A stretch of DNA of 64,000 nt, from the NCBI GenBank assembly GCA_018820765.1, contig JAHJNN010000010.1:14183-78182 (forward strand), read 5' to 3'. Position numbers and translations under genes: made by a program. Source of the stretch: Gammaproteobacteria bacterium. GTDB lineage: Bacteria > Pseudomonadota > Gammaproteobacteria > Burkholderiales > Thiobacillaceae. Below are positions 24,480-34,634 of this stretch, piece after piece (the first letter of the stretch is position 1; every line of letters begins with the position of its first letter). Under the pieces are notes generated by a model, which was not told the DNA's origin, ran no database searches, and saw only the letters and a list, made by a program, of their open reading frames with translations.

Positions 24480-25202
24480 TTATTTTCTAAGCCCTTGAAT
24501 CCAGCGGGAATAAATTTTGTCCGCCAATTGGTGCAGTTGGGCGGTGCGGGCGGGCAGGTCCGATTGGATGGCCGCAACCTGCTGCACGCCGGGACTGTCG
24601 CTGGCGGCGATCTCGGCAGCGCCGCTGTCGCACCAGCTGGCGACGAGCTCGGGTGTCATTTCGACGTGGCATTGCATGCCGATGTGGCGGCCGTTCAGCA
24701 CGTAGGCCTGGTTGGCGCAGAAAGCGCTTTCGAGAATGCGCGTGGCGCCCGGCGGCAGGGTGAAGGTTTCGCCGTGCCAGTGGAACGCCGGCATGGGCGC
24801 CTGGGCATCGCCCAGCCAGGGGCGCGCAGCGTCGGCATCGGTGATGCGGACGTCGCCCCAGCCGATTTCCTTTTCCGGATTGGCACCCACCGAGCCGCCC
24901 AGCGCCTTCGCCATCAGCTGCCCGCCCAGGCAGTGGCCGATGACCGGGATGTCCGAAGCGACGGCCTCGCGGATCAAGGCCAGCACCGCCGGGATCCAGG
25001 GCAGGTCGTCGTTCACGCTCATCGGCCCGCCCATCAAGCAGACGCCGGAAACGCCGTTAAGGTTTTCAGGCACGGCATCGCCGGCGTCGATGCGCACCAG
25101 TTTCCAGGGAATGTTGTGGCGGTTCAGAAACGTGGTGAAATACCCCGGCCCTTCGGTGGGGGAATGACGAAAAATCAGAACAGGATGCATGATGGCTTTC
25201 AA
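24480..25202 (-). CDS. Class I glutamine amidotransferase (GuaA-like stand-alone)
   Basis: PVIGHCLGGQLMA (nucleophile Cys) and MQCHVEM (His/Glu). An alternative start lies at 25190. Confidence 0.75.
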   Translation of the reverse strand: MKAIMHPVLIFRHSPTEGPGYFTTFLNRHNIPWKLVRIDAGDAVPENLNGVSGVCLMGGPMSVNDDLPWIPAVLALIREAVASDIPVIGHCLGGQLMAKALGGSVGANPEKEIGWGDVRITDADAARPWLGDAQAPMPAFHWHGETFTLPPGATRILESAFCANQAYVLNGRHIGMQCHVEMTPELVASWCDSGAAEIAASDSPGVQQVAAIQSDLPARTAQLHQLADKIYSRWIQGLRK

Positions 25203-25896
25203 GCAAAAAACACGTGCGCTCTACCCGCTAGGGGCAGGCCGTGTTTGTAAAGCCGCTAAAGCGGCAACAATTACGCTCATCTTAACGGCAGGCGTGCTCG
25301 TCTGCACGTCCGCCTGGGCGACCAGCGTGTCGGTGGTGGGTCTCTTCAAGGACAAGGCCATCGTCAGCGTCGACGGCGGCAAGCCGCGCACGCTGAGCGT
25401 GGGGCAGACCATGGGCGGGGTGACGCTGCGGGCTGCGGACTCCGACAGCGCGAGCTTCGACGTCGACGGCAAGCGCCGCACCCTGAACATGGGGCAGTCG
25501 TTCGCCGGCGGGGCGGCAACGGGCGAGCGGCCGACCGTTTCGCTCACCGCCGACGCGCGCGGCCACTTTGCCGCAGCCGGCTCGATCAACGGCTATCCGA
25601 TGAGCTTCATGGTCGACACCGGTGCCACGACCATCGCGATCAACGCGGCTGAAGCCCGGCGCATCGGCCTCGACTACAAATCCGGGGAGGCTGTCGGCGT
25701 CAGCACGGCCGCGGGCATGGTGCCCGCCTGGCGCGTCAAGTTCAACACCGTCAAGGTCGGCGGCATCATGCTTAACCAGGTGGAAGGCATGGTCGTGGAA
25801 ACCGGCCTGAGTGTGCCGCTGCTGGGAATGAGTTTCTTGAACCGGATGGAGATGCGGCGCGACGGACAGACCATGACGCTGATCCAGCGCTATTGA
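25189..25896 (+). CDS. Retropepsin-like (clan AA, TIGR02281-type) aspartic protease with N-terminal signal/anchor
   Basis: FMVDTGATTIAINAAEARRIGL (DTGA) and an N-terminal hydrophobic segment. The start is uncertain, because it overlaps the divergent amidotransferase start. Confidence 0.7.
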   Translation: MMAFKQKTRALYPLGAGRVCKAAKAATITLILTAGVLVCTSAWATSVSVVGLFKDKAIVSVDGGKPRTLSVGQTMGGVTLRAADSDSASFDVDGKRRTLNMGQSFAGGAATGERPTVSLTADARGHFAAAGSINGYPMSFMVDTGATTIAINAAEARRIGLDYKSGEAVGVSTAAGMVPAWRVKFNTVKVGGIMLNQVEGMVVETGLSVPLLGMSFLNRMEMRRDGQTMTLIQRY

Positions 25897-25914
25897 TTTC
25901 AGCCGACGCAACGC

Positions 25915-25946
25915 AACAAGGCCCGCAATGCGGGCCTTGTTTTTTT
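25915..25946 (+). terminator. Rho-independent terminator
   Basis: acaaggcccgc-aat-gcgggccttgt-ttttttt. Confidence 0.85.
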
Positions 25947-26038
25947 AAGCGGCGGAATTCATGGCTTCGTCTTGTGGCTACGGCCGCTTTGCTTAACGTT
26001 CGCTTCGCTCACGTTAGCCTGCGCCGCAAACGGGCCAG

Positions 26039-26851
26039 TTACGCCTTGGCCCGTTTGTCGCGCTCGATCAGCGCATACGCCGAGTGATTATGGATGGACT
26101 CGAAGTTTTCGGCCTCCACCACGTAGGCGTCGATCAGCGGCTCGGCGTTCATTGCGGCGGCAACGTCGCGCACGATGTCCTCGACGAATTTCGGATTGTC
26201 GTAGGCGCGCTCGGTGACGTATTTCTCGTCCGGCCGCTTCAAGAGGCCGAAGAGTTCGCAGGAAGCCTGGTCCTCCACCTTGCGCACCAAGTCCTCGATC
26301 CACAGGAAGCCGTTGGTCTTCGCGGTGACGGTGACGTGCGAGCGCTGGTTGTGCGCGCCGTAGTCGGAGATTTTCTTCGAGCACGGACACAGGCTGGTCA
26401 CCGGCACCAGTACCTTGGTGGAATGGCTGTACCGGCCATTTTCGATGGAACCCACAAAGGTGACTTCGTAGTCGAGCAGGCTTTGCACGCCGGAGACGGG
26501 CGCAGTCTTGTTGATGAAGTAGGGGAAGCTCATCTCGATGTAGCCGGATTCGGCTTCCAGGCGTTCGACCATCTGGCGCAGCATGCCCTCGAAGTTCTCG
26601 ACCGAAATCTCGCGCTCGCGCGTGTTGAGGATTTCGATGAAACGCGACATGTGCGTGCCCTTGAAGTTGTGCGGTAGGAACACATACATGTTGAAGGTGG
26701 CGATGGTGTGCTGGACGCCGTCGTTCTTGTCTGCCACCCGGATCGGGTGGCGGATGCTCTTGATGCCGACCTTGTTGATGGCGATCTGCCGCGTGTCAGC
26801 CGAGCTTTGTACGTCGGGCATGCATACGGCATTGTCGCAAATCTGGTTCAT
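26039..26851 (-). CDS. folE2: GTP cyclohydrolase I type 2 (FolE2/MptA family)
   Basis: 270 aa: [31 protein letters not shown]...[22 protein letters not shown]. The start is set at the ATG at 26851, inside the longer shadow ORF. Confidence 0.85.
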   Translation of the reverse strand: MNQICDNAVCMPDVQSSADTRQIAINKVGIKSIRHPIRVADKNDGVQHTIATFNMYVFLPHNFKGTHMSRFIEILNTREREISVENFEGMLRQMVERLEAESGYIEMSFPYFINKTAPVSGVQSLLDYEVTFVGSIENGRYSHSTKVLVPVTSLCPCSKKISDYGAHNQRSHVTVTAKTNGFLWIEDLVRKVEDQASCELFGLLKRPDEKYVTERAYDNPKFVEDIVRDVAAAMNAEPLIDAYVVEAENFESIHNHSAYALIERDKRAKA

Positions 26852-26913
26852 GGCAGGCTCCTGTGTTAAGTGCAGTTTAGACTGAGTATAAACTGCCTGA
26901 ATAGTTGAGTAAA

Positions 26914-28770
26914 CTACTCGGGTAATAGGGTTATCCGCCGCCGCACAGCCGCCTCGATTCCCGTTGCGTCCAGCCCGCAGTCCGCCAGCATTTTCGCCGC
27001 GTCGCCATGTTCGATGAAGCGATCGGGCAGGCCCAGATGAAGAACCGGCACGTCCAGGCCGAGTTCGGCAAGCGCTTCGGCCACCCCGGCGCCGGCGCCG
27101 CCGGCCACCGTGTTTTCCTCCAGCGTGACCAGCAGGCGGTGGCAGTGCGCCAGGTCGCGCAGCAGGTCGACGTCGAGCGGCTTCACGAAGCGCATGTCGG
27201 CCACGCTGGCGTCGAGCGTCTCGGCGGCAGCCAGTGCAGGGGCGACCAGGCTGCCGAAGGCGATCAGCGCCACGTCGCGGCCGCTGCGTCGCAGCACCCC
27301 CTTGCCGATTTCGACCGCTTCGAGGCCGGCCTCGATCGCGGCGCCGGTGCCGCTGCCGCGCGGATAGCGCACCGCCGACGGGCCGTCGTGCCGGAAGGCG
27401 GTGGTCAGGAGGCGGCGGCACTCGTTCTCGTCCGACGGTGCGGCGATCAGCATGTTGGGGATGCAGCGCAGGAAGGAAAGATCGAAGCTGCCGGCGTGCG
27501 TCGGGCCATCGGCGCCGACCAGCCCGGCGCGGTCGATCGCCAGCATCACCGGCAGGCCTTGCAGGGCAATGTCGTGGATCAGCTGGTCGTAGGCGCGCTG
27601 CAGAAAGGTCGAGTAGATCGCCACCACGGGTTTCACGCCTTCGCAGGCGAGGCCGGCCGCAAACGTCAGCGCGTGCTGTTCGGCGATGCCAACGTCGAAA
27701 TAGCGCTTCGGATAGTCTTGCGAGAAGCGCACCAGCCCGGAGCCCTCGCGCATCGCCGGGGTGATGCCGACCAATCTTGAGTCGGCGGCGGCCATGTCGC
27801 ACAGCCAGTCGCCGAACACCTGGGTATAGGTGGGCCTGCCGCCGGTTTTTTCGGCCATGCCGGCGGCGGGGTCGAAGCGCGACACGCCGTGGTACAGGCA
27901 GGGATTGGTCTCGGCGGGTTCGTAGCCCTTGCCCTTTTTGGTGACGACATGCAGGAACTGCGGGCCGCTCAACTGCTTGATGTTGGAGAGGGTTTCCAGC
28001 AGCACGTCGAGGTCGTGGCCGTCGATCGGGCCGATGTAGTTGAAGCCGAATTCCTCGAACAGCGTGCCCGGCGTCACCATGCCCTTCATGTGTTCCTCGG
28101 CGCGCTTGGCGAGCTCGCGGATCGGCGGGGCGACCGACAGCACCTTCTCGCCGGCGCGGCGGGCGGCGGCGTAGAACTTGCCCGACATCAGGCGCGCCAG
28201 GTAGTTGTTGAGTGCGCCGACGTTGGGCGAAATCGACATGTCGTTGTCGTTCAGCACCACCAGCAGCGGCAGGTCGGTTGCACCAGCGTTGTTGAGCGCC
28301 TCGAAGGCCATGCCGGCGGTCATCGCACCGTCGCCGATGACCGCCACCGCGCGCTGGCCGGAACCCAGTTGGTGAAACGCTTCGGCCATGCCGAGCGCGG
28401 CCGAGAGCGAGGTGCTGGAATGGCCGGCGCCGAAGGCGTCGTATTCGCTCTCGGCGCGGCGCGGGAAGCCGGCGATGCCGCCGCCTTGCCGCAGGCCGGA
28501 CATCGCTTCGCGGCGTCCGGTGAGAATCTTGTGCGGATAACTCTGGTGCCCGACGTCCCACACGATGCGGTCGGTCGGGGTGTCGAATACGTAGTGCAGC
28601 GCCAGGGTCAGTTCCACTGCGCCCAGATTCGAGGCCAGATGGCCGCCGGTATGGGCGACGGAGTCCACCAGGAACTCGCGCAGTTCGGTTGCCAGTTGCG
28701 GCAGATCACCGGGCGGCAGGGCGCGCAGGTCGGCCGGCGTATGAATGATATCGAGCAGGGGTGTGGTCAT
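26914..28770 (-). CDS. dxs: 1-deoxy-D-xylulose-5-phosphate synthase
   Basis: 618 aa: [36 protein letters not shown]. Confidence 0.96.
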   Translation of the reverse strand: MTTPLLDIIHTPADLRALPPGDLPQLATELREFLVDSVAHTGGHLASNLGAVELTLALHYVFDTPTDRIVWDVGHQSYPHKILTGRREAMSGLRQGGGIAGFPRRAESEYDAFGAGHSSTSLSAALGMAEAFHQLGSGQRAVAVIGDGAMTAGMAFEALNNAGATDLPLLVVLNDNDMSISPNVGALNNYLARLMSGKFYAAARRAGEKVLSVAPPIRELAKRAEEHMKGMVTPGTLFEEFGFNYIGPIDGHDLDVLLETLSNIKQLSGPQFLHVVTKKGKGYEPAETNPCLYHGVSRFDPAAGMAEKTGGRPTYTQVFGDWLCDMAAADSRLVGITPAMREGSGLVRFSQDYPKRYFDVGIAEQHALTFAAGLACEGVKPVVAIYSTFLQRAYDQLIHDIALQGLPVMLAIDRAGLVGADGPTHAGSFDLSFLRCIPNMLIAAPSDENECRRLLTTAFRHDGPSAVRYPRGSGTGAAIEAGLEAVEIGKGVLRRSGRDVALIAFGSLVAPALAAAETLDASVADMRFVKPLDVDLLRDLAHCHRLLVTLEENTVAGGAGAGVAEALAELGLDVPVLHLGLPDRFIEHGDAAKMLADCGLDATGIEAAVRRRITLLPE

Positions 28771-28771
28771 C

Positions 28772-29659
28772 TCAGAAGGTCCGCTCGACCACGAAATCGG
28801 CCAGCTGGCGCAGCCGTGCGGCGGGCGCGCCGAGATCGGCCAGTGCAGCGTGGGCGTCGGCGCGCAGTTCCTGCGCCAGTTCGCGCGCGCGCGCCGCGCC
28901 GAGCAGGCTGACGTAGGTCGGCTTGTTGTTGGCGGCGTCCTTGCCGGCGGTCTTGCCCAGCGTGGCGGTGGGTGCTTCGGCGTCGAGCACGTCGTCGACC
29001 ACCTGGAAGGCGAGCCCGATGCATTTGGCGTAATGGTCGAGCGCGGCCGCGGCCGCGTCGGTTACTGTCCCGCACTGCGCGCCCAGCAGCACCGAGGCGC
29101 GAATCAGGGCGCCGGTCTTGTGGATGTGCATGAATTCGAGTTCGGTGAGATCGAGCGGCTTGCCCACGCTGGCCAGATCGATCGCCTGGCCGCCGGCCAT
29201 GCCGCGCGAGCCGGATGCCTGCGCCAGCAGCTGCACCATGTTGAGTTGGATGGCCGCGTCGTCGGCCAGCGGTTTTGACGCGAGGATGTCGAACGCCAGG
29301 CTCTGCAGGGCGTCGCCCACCAGCAAGGCCGTGGCTTCGTCGAATTCCACATGCACCGTGGGCTTGCCGCGCCGCAGCGCATCGTCGTCCATCGCCGGCA
29401 TATCGTCGTGCACCAGCGAGTAGGCGTGGATCAGTTCCACTGCCGCAGCGGCGTGCTGCACGCGATCCGGGTCGGCCCCGCCGACCTCGCCGGCGGCAAA
29501 CGCCAGCAGCGGGCGCACCCGCTTGCCGCCACCCAGAACGGCATAGCGCATCGCCTCGTGCAGGCGATACGGCGCGATCCGGGCAGAGGGAAGCCACTCG
29601 GCCAGCACGTTTTCCATGCGAGCCTGGCAGCCTTGCATCCAGGCGGAAAAATCAGTCAT
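28772..29659 (-). CDS. ispA: Farnesyl-diphosphate synthase
   Basis: [19 protein letters not shown] and FQVVDDVLD motifs. Confidence 0.93.
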   Translation of the reverse strand: MTDFSAWMQGCQARMENVLAEWLPSARIAPYRLHEAMRYAVLGGGKRVRPLLAFAAGEVGGADPDRVQHAAAAVELIHAYSLVHDDMPAMDDDALRRGKPTVHVEFDEATALLVGDALQSLAFDILASKPLADDAAIQLNMVQLLAQASGSRGMAGGQAIDLASVGKPLDLTELEFMHIHKTGALIRASVLLGAQCGTVTDAAAAALDHYAKCIGLAFQVVDDVLDAEAPTATLGKTAGKDAANNKPTYVSLLGAARARELAQELRADAHAALADLGAPAARLRQLADFVVERTF

Positions 29660-29909
29660 CGGCGTCGTCGTTCCTGAAGGGCTGCGCAGTCTTGAAAGGG
29701 AGCAAGGCGCCGTTTTCCAGAACCTTCACCTGCTGCTCCGCAGCGGCCAGTTGCTGGCGGCAATACTGCAGCAGTTCGGCGCCGCGTTTGTAGGCGGCAA
29801 GCGAGGCTTCCAGCGGCAGCTGGCCGGATTCCATTTCGGCCACAATGGCTTCCAGTTCGGCCAGTGCGGACTCGTAATCCTTGGGGGGGGTGGCGCGGGA
29901 TTTGGCCAT
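29652..29909 (-). CDS. xseB: Exodeoxyribonuclease VII small subunit
   Basis: YESALAELEAIVAEMESGQLPLEASLAAYKRGAELLQYCRQQL. Overlaps the ispA start by 8 nt. The start may be 29909 or 29930. Confidence 0.88.
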   Translation of the reverse strand: MAKSRATPPKDYESALAELEAIVAEMESGQLPLEASLAAYKRGAELLQYCRQQLAAAEQQVKVLENGALLPFKTAQPFRNDDADD

Positions 29910-29985
29910 GACATCGAACCCGGCGGGCAAAGAACGCTACTTTAACAAATTCGGCGTGGCGGCGCCTCTCCGGGACAAAGCCCTA

Positions 29986-30094
29986 TGCTAGAATTTCGCC
30001 CTTTCCCTGTGTTGCGATGCGCTGTATCCGGGCAGGGGGTTCATCCGTTGAATCCGGTGGGCATCGGGGCGATCGTCGCCCCGATATTATTTTA
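29986..30094 (+). promoter_or_regulatory. Extended -10 promoter (TGcTAGAAT) followed by a ~95-nt leader ending in a terminator-like hairpin, upstream of the Rieske oxygenase gene
   Basis: tgctagaat at 29986-29994. Perfect hairpin atcggggcga-tcg-tcgccccgat (30063-30085) followed by attatttta. The CDS starts at 30172. Confidence 0.4.
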
Positions 30095-30171
30095 ATGGTG
30101 GTCGTTTCACGATCACGCTTGCCGCTCCAGTACCGTTTCTGGAGGGGGCTTGGTTTTGAGTAGGGTACGCC

Positions 30172-31320
30172 ATGAGCGATCTCGCCGAATCCAGCGCCTT
30201 GTCGCTAACTTCGCCTCAGTTGCCAGTTTCCTGGTACTTCGATCCAGTCATCTACGAACTGGAACTCAAGCATTTGTTCAAGCACGGCCCCGGCTATGCG
30301 GGCCATCAGCTGATGGTGCCCGAGGCGGGCGATTATCACGCGCTGGAAAAATTCGACGGCGCGAAGATGCTGGTCAACAGTGGGTCGGGCATTGAACTCT
30401 TGTCCAATGTTTGCCGCCATCGCCAGGCGCTGATGCTGACCGGGCGCGGCAAGCTGCCGTCCAACCACATCGTCTGCCCGATTCATCGCTGGACCTACGA
30501 CAGCCAGGGCAAGCTGATGGGCGCGCCGGAGTTTCCCGGCAACCCCTGCCTCAATCTTAACCGCAGCGGCCTGCAGAACTGGCAGGGTCTGTTGTTTGCC
30601 GGCGAGCGCGACGTCAAGTCCGACCTGGCCGGCATGCAGGCGGCACGCGAACTGGACTTTTCCGGCTTCATGCTCGACCGCGTGCAGGTGACCCATTACG
30701 CCTGCAACTGGAAGACCTTCATCGAGGTATATCTGGAGGACTACCACGTCGCCCCGTATCACCCCGGCCTCGGCCATTTCGTCACCTGCGACGACCTGAA
30801 ATGGGAATACGGCGACTGGTGGTCGGTGCAGACGGTGGGGGTGAACCACGGGCTGTCCAAAGCGGGCTCGCCCGTCTATCAGAAATGGCACGAACAGGTG
30901 CTGGCGTACCAGCGGGGCAAGACGCCGGCGCAGGGGTCGATCTGGCTGACGTACTACCCCGGCCTGATGGTCGAGTGGTATCCGCACGTGCTGGTGGTGT
31001 CGTCGATCGTGCCGACCGGCGTCGAGTCGTGCAGCAACGTCATCGAGTTCTATTACCCCGAGGACATCGCACTGTTCGAGCGCGCCTTCATCGAGGCGGA
31101 GCAGGCTGCCTATGACGAAACCGCGGTGGAAGACGAGGACATCTGCGAGCGCATGCACCGTGGCCGGCGCGCGCTGTACCAGCAGGGGATTTCGGAAACC
31201 GGACCGTATCAGTCGCCGCTGGAAGACGGCATGATGCATTTTCACGCTTTCCTGCGGCGCGAAATTGCGCCGCATCTCGATGAGGCTCGGCGGCGCGAGA
31301 TCGAGCCGCATCTCAAATGA
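30172..31320 (+). CDS. Rieske [2Fe-2S] ring-hydroxylating-type oxygenase, alpha subunit-like
   Basis: CRHRQALM...CPIHRWTY (Rieske CxH...CxxH); the catalytic domain has EDYHVAPYHP. Confidence 0.8.
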   Translation: MSDLAESSALSLTSPQLPVSWYFDPVIYELELKHLFKHGPGYAGHQLMVPEAGDYHALEKFDGAKMLVNSGSGIELLSNVCRHRQALMLTGRGKLPSNHIVCPIHRWTYDSQGKLMGAPEFPGNPCLNLNRSGLQNWQGLLFAGERDVKSDLAGMQAARELDFSGFMLDRVQVTHYACNWKTFIEVYLEDYHVAPYHPGLGHFVTCDDLKWEYGDWWSVQTVGVNHGLSKAGSPVYQKWHEQVLAYQRGKTPAQGSIWLTYYPGLMVEWYPHVLVVSSIVPTGVESCSNVIEFYYPEDIALFERAFIEAEQAAYDETAVEDEDICERMHRGRRALYQQGISETGPYQSPLEDGMMHFHAFLRREIAPHLDEARRREIEPHLK

Positions 31321-31378
31321 AGCACATGCGATACTTGAACGGGCGGCCCAAGCTGCCCGTTTTTTTCGGCTGCCTCAG

Positions 31379-32245
31379 ATGAAATCGAGCTGGATGCTGG
31401 TGGCGGCGGCGCTGTTCGCGTTGATGAGCGTACTGGTGAAGCATGCGTCGGCCCGCTTTTCCCCGGCCGAGCTGGTGTTCTACCGCTCCGCGTTCGGCCT
31501 GCTCGCGATCTGGGGCGTGATCGCGGTCAGTCAGCGCCGGCTGTGGGCGCCGCTTGCCACGCCCCACCTCAAGGCCCACTTCTGGCGCGGGCTGTCGGGC
31601 TTCACCGCGCTGGTGCTGTTCTTCTACGCGCTGGCGCGGCTGCCGCTCGCCACCGCAGTCACCCTCAACTACACAGCACCGCTGTTCCTCGCTGCGCTAT
31701 CGGCCTGGTGGCTGCGCGAACGCCACGGGCGGGGTCTTATCGGCGCGGTGCTGCTGGGCTTTGTCGGCATCGTGCTGCTGTTGCGGCCGCAGGTTCAGGA
31801 TCAGGAATGGCTGCCGGCGCTGGCTGGGCTGGCGTCGGGCATGCTGGCGGCGGTGGCCTACGTCAACGTCAAGAATCTGGGCAAGCTGGGCGAATCCGAA
31901 TGGCGCGTGGTGTTTTACTTCACGCTGCTGTCGACCGCCGGCGGCGCGGCCTGGATGGCCGTGGCGGGATTCCACACGCCGCAAGCGGGCGACTGGCCGG
32001 GGCTGATCGGCATCGGCGTCACCGCCACGGTGGCGCAGCTGGCGCTGACGCGCGCCTACCATCGCGGCCGCACTCTGACGGTCGGCTCGCTGGCCTACAG
32101 CACGGTGGGGTTTTCCGCCCTCTACGGCGTGCTGCTGTTCGGCGAACGCCTGCCGCTCATGGCCTGGATCGGCATGGCGGTGGTGGCGGCAGCGGGGGTG
32201 TGGGCGGTGCGTGCGTCCACCCCGACGCCGCCCGATTCGCTATAG
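31379..32245 (+). CDS. EamA/DMT family transporter
   Basis: About 10 predicted TM segments and duplicated EamA-like halves. The start is set at the ATG at 31379. Confidence 0.75.
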   Translation: MKSSWMLVAAALFALMSVLVKHASARFSPAELVFYRSAFGLLAIWGVIAVSQRRLWAPLATPHLKAHFWRGLSGFTALVLFFYALARLPLATAVTLNYTAPLFLAALSAWWLRERHGRGLIGAVLLGFVGIVLLLRPQVQDQEWLPALAGLASGMLAAVAYVNVKNLGKLGESEWRVVFYFTLLSTAGGAAWMAVAGFHTPQAGDWPGLIGIGVTATVAQLALTRAYHRGRTLTVGSLAYSTVGFSALYGVLLFGERLPLMAWIGMAVVAAAGVWAVRASTPTPPDSL

Positions 32246-32272
32246 TTGGAATACATATCTGAGGAGCGCACC

Positions 32273-32641
32273 ATGATCAGCCTGAACGTCAATAACAACC
32301 AGATCGCCGTGACCGTGATGGGCCAGTTCACGCTGGATGACTACCGCGAATTCGAGCAGGCGGTGGGCTACGGCGTCCAGTTTCAGGGCACGGTCAACCT
32401 GCTGTTCGACCTTCGCGACATGCTGTCGTACAGCGTCGACGTGGCATGGGAGGAACTGAAATTCTCGCGCGACCACAAGAGCGATTTCGGCCGCATCGCC
32501 ATCCTTACCGGCGACCAGTGGGTGGCCTGGAGCATGTGGGTGAACCGCCTGTTCATGTCGGCGGACATCCGCCTGTTCGATGAGCTCGAGCTGGCGCAGG
32601 CCTGGATTGCCGGCGGCGAATTGCCCGCTACCGCAGGTTGA
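32273..32641 (+). CDS. SpoIIAA/STAS-like (DUF3478-type) protein
   Basis: GAGGAG RBS before the ATG at 32273; FGRIAILTGDQWVAWSMWVNRLF. Confidence 0.55.
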   Translation: MISLNVNNNQIAVTVMGQFTLDDYREFEQAVGYGVQFQGTVNLLFDLRDMLSYSVDVAWEELKFSRDHKSDFGRIAILTGDQWVAWSMWVNRLFMSADIRLFDELELAQAWIAGGELPATAG

Positions 32642-33027
32642 TGCGGGCGGCGCTACGCATCGCCGCATGTCTGCTGGCCGCACCGGCCTGGGCGAACGGC
32701 CCGTGGCAGGTCGCGCTGGAAACCCCCGCTGAAGTGGTTGCGATCGACCGCTCCAGCTTGCAGCGCACCGGCGATCGCGTCAGCTTCCGGGAGCGGCGCA
32801 GCCTGCGCGGCGGCCAGCGCGATGCCTACAGCCAGCGCCCGCTGCGCGAGGTGCTGGCGCGGCGGGTGATCGACTGCCGCAGCCGCCACGTCGCGACGCT
32901 GTCGCATGCCGCGTTTTCCGATGGCGACGCCCTGATCGAACATCAGGCGGTGCGCCTGCGCGATGCCGCTTGGCAGCCGCTCAGGCAGGATGACCCCGTG
33001 TTCAGACAGGTGTGCGGCGGCTCATGA
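32641..33027 (+). CDS. Hypothetical exported protein
   Basis: MRAALRIAACLLAAPAWA signal peptide. The start overlaps the preceding stop (TGATG). Confidence 0.5.
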   Translation: MRAALRIAACLLAAPAWANGPWQVALETPAEVVAIDRSSLQRTGDRVSFRERRSLRGGQRDAYSQRPLREVLARRVIDCRSRHVATLSHAAFSDGDALIEHQAVRLRDAAWQPLRQDDPVFRQVCGGS

Positions 33028-33774
33028 GGCGGTGGCGTGGGCGGGCCGGAAAATCGCCTGATTCGCGTAGTAGGCGGCACCGCCATTGGCCGCATCCCAG
33101 TCCGGTATGCCCTGCACCGGCAGCGGCGCGAGCTGGCGCGGCGTGGTGATGGCGTCGAGTTCCCGCGCAGCCTGGGCATCGGCGGCGTCGGGATCGAGTG
33201 AATCCGAAATCAGCGTCAGGCATTTGCCGGTCATCGACGGGTAGGGCGCCAGCGCCTTTTCCAGCAGCGCATGGCCGACCACCACGAAGCGCATGTCGGT
33301 TTCGACCCGGGCGCGCGCGTCCCAGAACAGCGCGCGCCACGCACGCCCGGCCAGTAGTTCAGGCAAGGCCGGGTCGCGGCTGACCACCCACACCCCCGAT
33401 TCGTCCAGCACCGTCAGCGCGTCGCGCCGGCGCCCGCGCCGGGTGTCGGTCTCAAGCGCGATGGCGTCGCCGTGGGCCGCGTTCAGTGCCGCCTTGAAGC
33501 AGGGAAAGCGCAGCCACACCAGCGCATTCAGCACATCGTGCCAGGTGTCGGCGCGGGTCGGCACCTGGCCGCTGTGCAGGATATGGGTTTCGTAATCGCG
33601 CGCGGAGAGGCGGCCGTCGGGGACGAAAAAGCGCAGCGGCAGCCCGCGCGCCTGCGTCGTGCCGCGCGCCGACGCCAGCGCGTTGAGTGCGTCGAGCGAG
33701 GGCCGCCCGCGCGCCAGGTCCAGCGCGTCGATCAGTTCCCGATAGGGCGCAAAGGCAGGGTGATCGAAGTTCAA
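33022..33774 (-). CDS. DUF3025 family protein (start uncertain, TTG proposed)
   Basis: YETHILHSGQVPTRADTWHDVLNALVWLRFPCFKAALN matches the DUF3025 pattern as I recall it. No ATG or GTG is available near the expected N-terminus. Confidence 0.55.
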   Translation of the reverse strand: MNFDHPAFAPYRELIDALDLARGRPSLDALNALASARGTTQARGLPLRFFVPDGRLSARDYETHILHSGQVPTRADTWHDVLNALVWLRFPCFKAALNAAHGDAIALETDTRRGRRRDALTVLDESGVWVVSRDPALPELLAGRAWRALFWDARARVETDMRFVVVGHALLEKALAPYPSMTGKCLTLISDSLDPDAADAQAARELDAITTPRQLAPLPVQGIPDWDAANGGAAYYANQAIFRPAHATAS

Positions 33775-34634
33775 TGCAGCGATTCGGACAAGGCCTGACG
33801 GTACTGCCGCACCAGCGGATGCGCGCTGCCCAGCAGGTCGAACAGTGCCAGCAGGCTGACGCGGCCGATGTCGTGGCGAAAGCCGCGATCGGTGCGGGCG
33901 ATGGCGAGCAGCTCCTCCATCGCGCCGGCAAAATCGTCCGCGGCCAGCAGCACGGCAGCCCGCTGGTAGCGCGCGTCGAGGTCGTCCGGATTGCGCGCGA
34001 TGCGGGCGTCCAGCTCCGCCAGCGGCGGCGCCAGGCGCGCGGTTTCCGCCAGATTCAGGTGGGCGAGCAGGGGCGCGATCAGGGCGTCGCTGCGCGCTTC
34101 GGGCGGCAGGCTGTCGAGCAGCTTCAGCGCCTGTTCGCCTTCGCCCTCGGCCCACAGCAATTTGGCGAGATCGCGCGGGATGGCCAGGTTGTCGGGCTCG
34201 GCCATCGCCGCGTTGGCGAGCAGCATGCGCGCCTGCTGGACGTTGCCCGACTGCCAGGCCGCCACCCCCAGCGCGTGGGCGCGGTTGGCATCGCCGGCGA
34301 TGAAACGGTCGAGCACTTCGCGGAAGCTGCTGTCGGGGTCGGCGCCGTGGATGGTGTGGGCGACTTCGCCGCGCCAGAAGAATTTCACCGTGGGCACCGA
34401 GTTCACGCTGAAGCGGCGCGCCAGTTCCGGCAACTCGTCGGCGTTCAGCATGACCAGCAGGAACTTGCCGCCGTATTCCGCGGCGAGCTTCACCAGGCGC
34501 GGCATCAGGATGAAGCAGGGGCCGGCCTTGGGGGTCCAGAAGTGCACCAGCACCGGGCCCTTGTGCGAGTTTTCCAGCACCAGGCGGTTGAAGTTCTCGG
34601 CGCTGGCATCGAAGACGTAGGGCGATAGGCTCAT
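33771..34634 (-). CDS. YbbN/CnoX-like thioredoxin-fold plus TPR co-chaperone (no CxxC)
   Basis: Thioredoxin-fold N-terminus VLVHFWTPKAGPCFILMP with a single Cys where WCGPC is expected, and a TPR-like C-terminus. Confidence 0.7.
   Translation of the reverse strand: MSLSPYVFDASAENFNRLVLENSHKGPVLVHFWTPKAGPCFILMPRLVKLAAEYGGKFLLVMLNADELPELARRFSVNSVPTVKFFWRGEVAHTIHGADPDSSFREVLDRFIAGDANRAHALGVAAWQSGNVQQARMLLANAAMAEPDNLAIPRDLAKLLWAEGEGEQALKLLDSLPPEARSDALIAPLLAHLNLAETARLAPPLAELDARIARNPDDLDARYQRAAVLLAADDFAGAMEELLAIARTDRGFRHDIGRVSLLALFDLLGSAHPLVRQYRQALSESLH

Noticed and set aside
25188-25202. Divergent amidotransferase and aspartic-protease genes appear to overlap at their 5' ends.
   Set aside because: This is most likely an artefact of start-codon choice. 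Using the ATG at 25190 for the amidotransferase, or a later start for the protease, removes most of the overlap. Without homologue alignments it is not informative.
31265-31378. N-terminal extension of the EamA transporter ORF that overlaps the 3' end of the Rieske oxygenase gene.
   Set aside because: The extension is Arg-rich and non-hydrophobic. The ATG at 31379 immediately precedes the first TM helix (MKSSWMLVAAALFALM), so the shorter gene model is preferred.
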